A DNA stretch of 63,635 bases, counting the filler, from Aduncisulcus paluster (Eukaryota): assembly GCA_024181965.1 (NCBI GenBank). It is 8 parts of 8 records of this genome, joined end to end, with 100 filler letters (N's around TTAATTAATTAA, not from the genome) between each part and the next. Parts side by side here need not be neighbours in the genome. Positions count along the whole stretch, not along the records: positions 6,249 to 37,438 come from BQXS01011795.1; 7 more parts are not named here. One strand, 5' to 3'. Within the stretch, counting starts at the first letter, position 1; every line of letters starts with the position of its first letter. Made by a program: the position numbers and the translations under genes. The notes beneath the pieces are model-generated. The model searched no databases. It had not been told where the DNA came from and worked only from the letters and a program-made list of their open reading frames with translations. Shown here piece by piece: positions 23,301 to 33,249 of the stretch.

Positions 23301-23760
23301 TTAGTCTGAAGAACCATCATCGAATGTGTATCCCTCATCGAGCACATCAGGGGTTTGACGCACGTTGATGGTGATTTGCTGTATCAATGATAAAGATGCT
23401 GGAAGCATCGATCAAGGAAACACTCCTAAATGGAACATACTATACATTTAGAAGAACATACTATACTGTACTATGCGTCTTTATAGTATCAATAACTTTA
23501 ATGAAACTACCACAAAGAGCTCCACCAAAGGAAAAATAAACACCTAACAATAGATAGCTATTGTCCAAAACAGCATAACCAAAAAGAGCGACAGCTCCTA
23601 AAAGAACCATGAAGTGAATAAACCAAAAATTTCCGAGTATTTTTCGAAGAATATCGGTTTTTTCACTAATGTTATTTGTCTTTTCGATGACAGTCATCGA
23701 TTACAGTGTCAAAATCACGAGAATGGCTCCCACGGCAGAAATACCGGTTCTGCTTCCTGT
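23301..23760 (-). pseudogene. Stop-interrupted small multi-pass membrane protein (longest intact piece 23461-23697)
   Basis: Hydrophobic segments continue on both sides of the 78-aa ORF: GISAVGAILVILTL*SMTVIEK upstream, and LGVFP*SMLPASLSLIQQITINVRQTPDVLDEGYTFDDGSSD* downstream in a shifted frame. Confidence 0.4.
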
Positions 23761-24084
23761 CAGCTAGCTCCTTATTCAATCCGAGGTTTCCTATGAAGAC
23801 GGATTTCATTTATTAATAATGCCGTTCCAATCCTATCCAATTTCTGGCACTCTCAGAAATATCGGATATTTGGTGGTTCCTGTGTAGATTACCACTTTAA
23901 AATCCTACAAAATTCCTGTTTTACATATTCATTTAAGTCATGATTATTCCGTTGTCAATTGTAGTGAAAACTTTGAATTTCGATCAATTATTGGAAGGAA
24001 GCATCAGAACAGAAAAAAAAAAGTTTATAAATACATTAAGGTATATAATTTCAAGTATATGATTGTGTTCAAAAGTGCACAATA

Positions 24085-26781
24085 TCACCAATCGTCATCC
24101 CAGACACCATTATCAATAACACTGACGGCAGCACCATCTTGGTCATCACCATAGACTCCACTGGTGTATCCCACTTGTGAACCACCGACTATTTGGATGT
24201 CTCCTTCCTCTTCTTCTTCCTCTTCGGCCAATGTGTGGAAAACACACCCCATACCCATACCGTCATCTTTGCCGTAGTCAAATCCATCCCCAAACTCATC
24301 GTGGATGGATGCTGTTGCATTCTGAATTGCTTGGGACACAATCCTATCCTCTTCCACACTAAGTAAAGCGTCATCGGACATGAACGAATCCCTTGCATGG
24401 TGTAACATATCAGGAAAACCATCTTTTCCTTCACCATGATCTTTTTCCGGCATTGTGATAGCCTTACTGTCACTCTTTCCCGGAGCTTCTTTATGTGCGG
24501 GTGTAATAGATGAACGTAATAACTGTCCTCGAATACCTGGTTTCTCTACAACAATATGCTGAGCCTCCTCTTCAGCTTCTTCATCAATTTCTTCATAGCT
24601 ATACGTGTATGAATGGTCCTCAGATGATTCCTCTCCTTCTTCATACTTTCCAGCCATTTCATCACGAGTAAGGGATGATTCAAACTCACTATGAACACTC
24701 GCAGCCTCATTTGTTCCAACAGAAGACCGTCTATCTCTTGACCTTGTTCTTGACCTTGATCGGTGAGAAGCTTGGCTTGTTGTGCCCTTCTTCCTCCTTT
24801 TCCTGTGCTCACGATGTTGAGTTTGTGCATCGCTATCCATATCTTTCTGGATATATCCAAGGACACTCATCTCATGTTTGGCGATCCCATCCATAACAGA
24901 ACGGGCACATTCTTTGTCTTCTTCAACAGAAAGGATAAGAAACCCAATGAATCTACCAAGGGCTTTAACCAAAGTGCTACGACCACGAGTGAAGAAAGAG
25001 GAAAGAATATCAGAAGTGACAGAGGATGAACTTGTTTGATCCGACGTTCCATGATCTGACTTTGCTGAAGAGGATGTGTGTCCCGTCTTGCTTCCAGCAA
25101 CACACCATCCACACGCAATGCTTACTTCGTCCCATTCTTGATCACTCCCTCCTTGACGCACAACACTGGACTTAGAGATGGATAATAGAGCAGTCGTAAA
25201 AGGGGAGGAGAATATTGATGTGGGTAAGTGCTGACGAGATGCAATAGAGGCTGGTGAAGAGTCCACATCTGCAACAAGACCACCGCCGATGCACACGGCT
25301 GCAGCCGAGGAGGAGGATATAATCCGATGTGACAGCCTCTCGAAGGTAAACTTGGCTCTGCTACTGAGCTTAGCAACCCTGAGTCGATCATCGTGGGTAC
25401 ATTGGTGTAAGGATTCGAACGATCCTTTCACAGTGCTATTAATCGAGGCAGGAAGGCACAGATGCATGGGTGGCTGGCATCCAGACTCGGTTCCCATTCC
25501 TCCGCAATCCTCCACGAGACTGCGACATCCTGCCACTCCCCATATACGCTCACCTGCAGCGTTGTATAAGCACAGGAAATGAGTGGGCGGCAGAGGATGA
25601 TGGGTGTATGTGAAGGGTGCCAGGGAGATCAGCAAGGGGTTAAGAGGAGGAATATTGACAGAAAGAACCGATTGGATCGCATCAAGCTCTTTTGCGGATA
25701 TTGGAGATTCCTTTGAGACAGACTTATTTTTCTGCTTTTGGCTCCTCAACCTCCTCTTCATTTCTGTCTTCAACCGTTTGTGGTTTTCAAAATTAGCAGC
25801 AAGTCGCTGTACCTTGCTTGTCTTAAAAGGAGATATCCTCCATATAATCTCTACGATCTTGTGGTAATCTCCTTCACAGATCGCCTGGATAACGGAGACA
25901 AATCGTTGAGCATGGGTGTGAATAAGAGAGGCCAATTTCTCAGTATTGGGAAGAAACCGAGCGAGACTGGAATTATCTTCGTCTTCTCCTCCTTCGAGTT
26001 TCTGACCCTTCTTGCCTTCAGTCGGGCGGAGATGATGTGAATGATCATCGTGATCTTGCTCTAATCGCTCAGAAAATGAGAATATTTCACCACTTTGTGT
26101 TTCATGAGAAGAACTTAAGGGATTAGCTACTTTCTTCTGTCTGATTCGTCTCAATTCATCTTTTTCCTGTAAGTTTTGTTTCCGAATAACGCGATGCGAA
26201 CGAGAACTGCCTTGAAAACCACGTCCAGATATATTGCCTGATACAACTTTGGACATTGGAGGTCGAGGAGGTGGTCTAGGCTTCTTTAGAGGGAGCTCCG
26301 GGACAACTCGTTCTGACGCTGGTACTTGCGAATTCGTCGACAAAGCCACTGATGAGAGTGGTTTCTTCTCACTGCTCTTACTTGGATCAATATAATCAAC
26401 CCCGAGACCCGAGGATGAACCAGGATAATCGTCATCCTGTGACGATGGAACAATTAAAAATTCTTGTTTGTCTTCGTGATCAATATCACGATGTAATATG
26501 TGTTTGGGCGGTTTTGTTTGTTGTGGGGTTGAAGGAAGGTTTTTTGAGGGAGATGCAGCTCTCCGCCTTTCCTTTGTTTCAGAGGGTCTACATGGCGAAG
26601 GAGCAAAAGCTGAGTGCACAGTATAGTTTGTAGCGGCAAGGGAAGTTAGTTCTTCTGATCTACTACATATATCTTTAATATGAGATGAAAGAATTCGTGT
26701 TGCTATAATACGAGCAATATATGACCATAATGGTGCCCAGATTGGTATTGGCATATTTTCTGAAGATATTGTGATGCACAT
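24085..26781 (-). CDS. Hypothetical protein (898 aa), largely low-complexity
   Basis: Long ATG-initiated ORF with AT-rich flanks; no recognised domain. Confidence 0.8.
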   Translation of the reverse strand: MCITISSENMPIPIWAPLWSYIARIIATRILSSHIKDICSRSEELTSLAATNYTVHSAFAPSPCRPSETKERRRAASPSKNLPSTPQQTKPPKHILHRDIDHEDKQEFLIVPSSQDDDYPGSSSGLGVDYIDPSKSSEKKPLSSVALSTNSQVPASERVVPELPLKKPRPPPRPPMSKVVSGNISGRGFQGSSRSHRVIRKQNLQEKDELRRIRQKKVANPLSSSHETQSGEIFSFSERLEQDHDDHSHHLRPTEGKKGQKLEGGEDEDNSSLARFLPNTEKLASLIHTHAQRFVSVIQAICEGDYHKIVEIIWRISPFKTSKVQRLAANFENHKRLKTEMKRRLRSQKQKNKSVSKESPISAKELDAIQSVLSVNIPPLNPLLISLAPFTYTHHPLPPTHFLCLYNAAGERIWGVAGCRSLVEDCGGMGTESGCQPPMHLCLPASINSTVKGSFESLHQCTHDDRLRVAKLSSRAKFTFERLSHRIISSSSAAAVCIGGGLVADVDSSPASIASRQHLPTSIFSSPFTTALLSISKSSVVRQGGSDQEWDEVSIACGWCVAGSKTGHTSSSAKSDHGTSDQTSSSSVTSDILSSFFTRGRSTLVKALGRFIGFLILSVEEDKECARSVMDGIAKHEMSVLGYIQKDMDSDAQTQHREHRKRRKKGTTSQASHRSRSRTRSRDRRSSVGTNEAASVHSEFESSLTRDEMAGKYEEGEESSEDHSYTYSYEEIDEEAEEEAQHIVVEKPGIRGQLLRSSITPAHKEAPGKSDSKAITMPEKDHGEGKDGFPDMLHHARDSFMSDDALLSVEEDRIVSQAIQNATASIHDEFGDGFDYGKDDGMGMGCVFHTLAEEEEEEEGDIQIVGGSQVGYTSGVYGDDQDGAAVSVIDNGVWDDDW

Positions 26782-27377
26782 TAATTTTTGATAATCAATA
26801 AATAATGAAAATTTTGGAAAAGAAACTCTAAATCTTTTTCTAAATAATTAAATGTATAAAAAAGAAAAATTTGGTAATAAGTGAATGGTAAAAAAGTGGG
26901 ATATACTTAAAAACAATGACTATCATTCAAAACTGACATACTGTTGGTAAAAACTACATAAACTCGTTGCTATTCGCACAGCTTCCTGAATTGGGATGAA
27001 ATTATGACTATTATGTGCACACAACACAATTCCATGTGTAGTACAAACAATAAAATCCATGATTCGGGCAAGGTGTACAAAAAAAGGGATTTTCAAGATT
27101 TACATGTTTTATATTGATATAATTAGTCAATCTTGAAATAAGAATGTGTATTTTATCAAATTCATTGACAAATTTCTGTCAATTATGTTAAGAAGAGGAA
27201 GAAAATCTCGATCGATCCCATCTCACTCTGGACACATTATCCATAGGAGAATTTATATAAATTTTCTTTTAGAAAACGAAAATTTATAATATTAATTTCT
27301 CAATCTTATTTCCACCTTCTTTTCGAAAGTTAATCGACATTATTCGATTGTAGAGATTCTTTTTGGCATCTACAAGA

Positions 27378-30300
27378 ATGACAAAACAACAAATTGACAT
27401 TGTTGAAAGATGTTTAGTTCGTTGGATTCGTAGAATGCGTGTGAAAGCACGTGTTCACAAGTTAAATCATGAGCTCCAAAAACAGCCAGCAAAAGCTAAG
27501 AAAAGAGTTCTTAAGAATGTTCCTGTTACGTACACCTTTCCTTCAGGTGATGTTACTGTTTGTGATTGGTCAACCTCTACTTTTGGACCTGATGATAAGG
27601 TGTTTGAAAAAAACCACTCTTTGTGGGAGGTCCTTACTCGTGGTTGTTGTTCTGTCTTTGCTGGAACTGTTAAAGAAGGAACTAAAGAAATTCTTCCTTC
27701 ACCTACGTCTTCTCTTCGTCGTGAGTTGAACCATCATTCTTCTGTTCATCCCGGACTTAATTTCGATCTTTCCGCCATTCACAATGGATCTCTTCGAAAA
27801 GTTCCAATTCTTTCACACTTATCCGGTCTTCATAAATTCGGATATGTCGATGATCCATATAAAACTCCTCTCTTCACCTCCAAAAAGAAAGATCATTGGC
27901 GGTCTGATGAGGTGGAATATTCACATATTTTTACAACAAAGGAAAATGGAGAGTGTTGTCACATTTCTACTTTTGAAATGAATGGTCAATGGTTCTGGCT
28001 TATTGGAAGTAAGAACGTTCATTTCCCTACTCGTTTTGATCGTTTTGAGGAAGATATCGAGGCCATAAAATCAGTAGGACGTACTGAAGTGGCTCGTGAT
28101 ATTGCCATTACCTTTTTTAAAACTATATCCCATATTTCTGAAGGACAGCGTCGTTGTTTGTGGAGGTATCTTCAGAGCACCCAAACAACACTTTGTGCTG
28201 AGATGATTGATCCATCAAGACAGCATATTCAAGATTATGCCATGGAAGATGGAGTTCCCACTGATTTTGTGTGTCATTTACGTTTCTTCGGAATTGCTCA
28301 TACAACTCATCCCCATGCCTCTCTTACTCATATATCTCCTTTGGATCTTCCGGCATTCTTGCATGTGTTTGGATTACAGGNNNNNNNNNNNNNNNNNNNN
28401 GAAGTAAGAACGTTCATTTCCCTACTCGTTTTGATCGTTTTGAGGAAGATATCGAGGCCATAAAATCAGTAGGACGTACTGAAGTGGCTCGTGATATTGC
28501 CATTACCTTTTTTAAAACTATATCCCATATTTCTGAAGGACAGCGTCGTTGTTTGTGGAGGTATCTTCAGAGCACCCAAACAACACTTTGTGCTGAGATG
28601 ATTGATCCATCAAGACAGCATATTCAAGATTATGCCATGGAAGATGGAGTTCCCACTGATTTTGTGTGTCATTTACGTTTCTTCGGAATTGCTCATACAA
28701 CTCATCCCCATGCCTCTCTTACTCATATATCTCCTTTGGATCTTCCGGCATTCTTGCATGTGTTTGGATTACAGGGAGTCAAGCATATCGATGAGGTCAA
28801 GATGGGTGACTTGGTGAGATTGGCCCAGGTTGAGAAGAAATACAGGCTTATGGAGAACAGTGAAGGAGCTGTTCGTTATGTTCTTGTCAAAGGAACAAGA
28901 TATGTCAGGGGATCCGATGCTGGTTTTCGTCCTGTCGCCTCATCTCGTATTTCTCATGTGTACAAGGATAAGAACTTTTGGTATGTGTATGTTCGTGCTT
29001 GCAGAGAGAAGATCAAGCGTTGTGCCACCGAGGGTCTTTTGAGGAAACGTCTTGATTCACTGCATGTGAGACATCCAGACCATGATTCCATCGTTGACGA
29101 CCTGTGTGATCTTCATGCATGGTTGAGTATGACTCTTCCCATGAGTCTGTGGCCTGGAGTTAGTCGTAAGTGGTGTGATATGATCAGAGAGTACCATAAG
29201 GAGAAAGAAGCCGGCTGGAAACGTGGAATGGTCGGTAAATGGGACGGTGGTGATCTTGCCAAAGGGGAAACAACGTTATCTGGTGCCAAACTTGACCCTT
29301 CCAAAGAAAGAGGAACGATTATGATTGACCCTCATCTCTATGATTGTGGCAAAAGTACTGTTTTCAATGCTCCAGAGCATCCAAGTACTCTGGTTAGTAT
29401 CTGTGGTGTTCAGGGAAGTGGCAAAAGTACAGTTGCCAGGGCATTGAATGAATTGTTTGGTTCCTATGGGGAGCGATCTGTGTGGATCAACCAGGATGAA
29501 TTGGTGAGTAAGTCAAGTGGTAGGTCATCAAAGAACGGAAAAAAATTGTTTTTGAAGGAAATTTTCAAGACGTGTTCCCATGGTCGTAAACTGAAAGGTG
29601 AACTCATTCCGTCTCATAAATGGGTGTTTGTTGATAAGATCAACACTCTTCGTATGCATCGGATGGGTGTCGTTAGAGAGATCTCTGGCACTCCATTCAA
29701 TGTGGTGTATATAACGTTGAGACATAAGGATGATGCTGGTGAGATATTTGGGGAGTCATGTGTGAAATCGTGCATCTCCAGAATCGATGATCGTGGACAA
29801 GGGCACAGAACCCTCAGTGTTCCTGCTCTGGGTGCTGGGATGGTTGCCTCGATCGTTCGTCGTACTGCCAAGGAATACGAGGGTTTTGCTGCCGATGAAA
29901 TGCGAATGATCAACGGGCATGTCTGTGTGGATATGAGTTCTGATGTCGAGTCTGTTGTGACCAGTTGTCTTAAGGGCCTTGCAGAGATTGGACTTCACTC
30001 CCATAAGTTTACTCCAGAAGCCATTAAAAGGGCTGTGGATGTGAGTCTTGGCTTCGAGAAGAGTCTGATTGGTCAAGCATCATCAAGTTCTGGTTCAGAT
30101 TCAAAATCATCCAAGAAGAGACAAAGGGCCAAAGACAGAAAGAAGAAGATATGTCATCGTAATGCTGCTGATAAGAAGGTGTTGTACTGGGGCATTAAAG
30201 TTTCCAATGGGATGGAATTGATTAAATTCTTGGAAAGGAAAGGAATTAAATTCCCACATTTGACAATGAAAAAGGACTTCCACGTGACTTTACGCTTCTT

Positions 30301-30616
30301 TGGGGCTTACCATAAAATTCAAGATGAATCGTACAATCTATCCATGATTAAACTGGAGGGTAAGGAAGTTTCGGTTGTGTGCAAAGATGTCTTCATGAAA
30401 CCAGACCGAATCTCTTGTGTGAGTGTTGCCTTAGCAGACGACATCAAAGAGTTATGTCAATCTGATACTCCCCATATTACTTTAGCAATGAATACTCAAG
30501 GTTTGGCTGATAAAGTGAGAGCAGTCGAAAGTAATGAGATTATGACTCGTGAATTCCACGTTATTGGATGTGAAGATATGGTATTGAAAGGAAGTATTGT
30601 ATCTTTCTGTTGCTAA
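27378..30616 (+). CDS. Trl1-like trifunctional RNA end-healing/sealing enzyme: Rnl1-type ligase + P-loop polynucleotide kinase + 2H cyclic phosphodiesterase (about 947 aa)
   Basis: Ligase: GLHKFG, motif I TKENG, GSKNVH, TLCAEM...QHI, LRFFG, motif IV EGAV, motif V YKDKN. Kinase: GVQGSGKST, INQDE, VFVDKIN, RI..R...H.TL. CPD: FHVTL and PHITL. ORFs 27363 and 28271 join into one frame once the duplicate 28006-28380/28401-28775 is collapsed. Confidence 0.88.
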
Positions 30617-30800
30617 TTTTGTCTGAGATGGCTTGAGACACCGTGTCTTGTGACAAGATCCATATTGGGAAAACTTTAATAAATTATGAATATCATTAGA
30701 TATTTTTAGATTTTTATGAGCAATAAAGGTATTTTGGATCTTATAATGAATATTACTATTCAAATTGTTCTATTAGGAGTTTTCTCTCTTGTTTGGTCCT

Positions 30801-32877
30801 ATGGCTGATTCAGAAGGATATTGCCCAGAGTGGAAATCGGCTTTACAGGAAGAAGGTATTGTTTCCGGCTCTGAATTTAGTAGATATGTTGATAAATACA
30901 AAGATTTAGAAAAACAATCCTATTTACGGGTGTCAGAGCAAAAGGCAAAAATTCATGAGTTAACTCTCAAATTAAGAGCACTTAAAAATATGATGAATCT
31001 AGCCAAAGCTAACATTTCTCAAGAAAAGAAAGGGAAAGATATTCCAATTGATAGGAGAGTTTCTTTTGCTGATTTGGATTTTTATTATAGACAAAAGAGA
31101 GAAAAAGAAGAACATGATACTGAAAAGCAATCAGAAAGAGATGTTAAAGAGTTGTTAACATCATTCCGTTCCTTCACATCTTCTCCCACAATACAAAAGG
31201 TTTGTGAAAAAACTTCTCAAAAATTATCTAAAATTCCATGCATTTCCTCATTATTTTCATTCTCTCTTTCTCCAATTGGTATTGCTGTGAGTGAATTACG
31301 ATGTCACTTCGAAGCTCCTCGTCAGCCATTCCTGGGTTCTGCCTCTTCTCTCAAATTATCTATTCGTTTATACAATACCCCAGACACCTCGGATCTGATA
31401 GATCGCTTTAATTCCCTTCTTATGCACTCTGGTCATTGTCCCATCGATGCTTGGGTATGTTTCGTTTTTGACAGAAATTCCCACTTTCGAAGTTGTGTAT
31501 TCCCCCCTCGTGAAAGAGTGAAAAGAGGTCTTTTTGCGACAAGAACACCCCATCGGCCGAATTGTATTGGATTGTCCCGGGTTCGTGTTTGTGGCATTCG
31601 CGAGAAAACCGAGAAAATCCCTATGAAAGACGAAGAAGCATTTGTTGCCATGGACGATGNNNNNNNNNNNNNNNNNNNNCTCTGGTCATTGTCCCATCGA
31701 TGCTTGGGTATGTTTCGTTTTTGACAGAAATTCCCACTTTCGAAGTTGTGTATTCCCCCCTCGTGAAAGAGTGAAAAGAGGTCTTTTTGCGACAAGAACA
31801 CCCCATCGGCCGAATTGTATTGGATTGTCCCGGGTTCGTGTTTGTGGCATTCGCGAGAAAACCGAGAAAATCCCTATGAAAGACGAAGAAGCATTTGTTG
31901 CCATGGACGATGACGTTAAGCAGACCAAAGTATATTTCCTTGACCTTGAAGGTGGAGATCTTCTTCATTTAACCCCTATTCTTGGGATTAAACCCTATGA
32001 TGCTTCTCTTGAGAATCATCCTGATGCCAGGGCGGGATGGCTCACTGATCGTGAAGAGGGCAAGGGACTGATACCTCTTTTCTATGATGAGAGTAGCCGT
32101 CCCGATGGAAAGTTGATGGGTGGGATTGTTGTTGGGAAAGAAGAGCACTTCGATGATCAACAAACAGGAGAGATAATATCAATGGGAGATGAAAAGCTGA
32201 CGGTTGTGCATGATTCTTCTTCGAGAATGGATGATAAAAATTCGATTAATTATCAAGCTATTTATGGGATGTCTATTTCAGGCCAAGTTGAGAAGAAACT
32301 CTCAGCTGTTCAGAAATTACATCCAAGGTTGGATGTTTTCAAGTATCTAACTTCTGAACTAACGAGGAATCCATTAATGTTACATTCCCATTCACTCCGA
32401 AGAAAGAAGAGAGATTTCGAGAGTGGGTTGTATTTCGTTGGATTAGGAGCTTTTCGGGTATATTATGATGTTATTGAGCATGGAAATGAAGAAAAGAAAG
32501 ACGATGGTGAAAGTGTGGATAGAAGAGGGAAAGATGGAGAAGATATTGGAGAAAAAGAAAAGGAAATGGATGTTTCACAGGAAACCAAGGGTGTAGTGAA
32601 AATAATTGATGTTATTCCAGCGATAAGTCAACATATTGCTTCGGAAAATAGAGAATTTGATCCTCAAGCAAGTCTAATTCATGATTTTTGGGAATCACAC
32701 CCAATATATTTATCTCACCTGAAAAAAAATAGTGTGATAAACTTATCGGGCTTTGAATTGAACATTACCGATTGCAAAGTAGAATATATTGCTTCATACA
32801 ACGTTATTTGCCAAGCGATCGTTGTAGGCGATATTATTCCTTATTGTTGCAGATTTTTTTTAATACGGGGAAATTAA
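30801..32877 (+). CDS. trmO: TrmO/TsaA (YaeB-like) tRNA m6t6A37 methyltransferase with N-terminal coiled coil and C-terminal RelE-like segment (about 607 aa)
   Basis: PIGI...APRQP, WVCFVFD, VFPPR...GLFATRTPHRPNCIGLS, GGDLLHLTPILGIKPY...ARAGWL are the TrmO signature motifs. The split is caused by the duplication 31427-31659/31680-31912. Confidence 0.9.
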
Positions 32878-33249
32878 TGTAATAAAACTTGCATTTTGGT
32901 TGCCTATCGGCAGTGGATGCCTTCTCGCATCGAAACTGATTTTTTCTGCCGATATACATATATTGATGAATATAAATAACGTAATATTTTGGAATTATTA
33001 ACTTTAATGATAATTTTATTCAATTTTATACCAATATTATGACAACATTAAGGTAGAATCGGGGTTGGCTTGTCTGTCTGCATAGAATCTTTGAATCTCC
33101 AATATAATCATATTTATTGATCAAATTTGTAATGATACACATGTTTTATATTTGTTAGCTTGATTTTTTTTTCAAGTGCGGAATTTGTCAGGTTTTGATT
33201 TTGACAAGAGAAATGTATTCCTTGGGATTTTGATTATGTCTGCCCTTTG

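Noticed and set aside
23412..23703. Alternative genetic code (TAA/TAG = Gln or TGA = Trp)
   Set aside because: Conserved genes in the window end properly at TAA, TAG and TGA and have no internal stops.
23240..23900. Hairpins with U3-like or RNase P-like words (TACTTT, TGAAGA, GAGC, GGAAACCTCGG)
   Set aside because: The boxes and pairings do not assemble into a full consensus, and the region reads better as a decayed minus-strand coding sequence.
28006..28775. Apparent tandem domain duplications or programmed frameshifts (also near 2008, 7951, 21733, 31660, 35841, 44483, 50789, 58567)
   Set aside because: Each is a near-exact 160-395 bp overlap on both sides of a 20-N gap, and collapsing it restores one frame. 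This is a scaffolding artefact.
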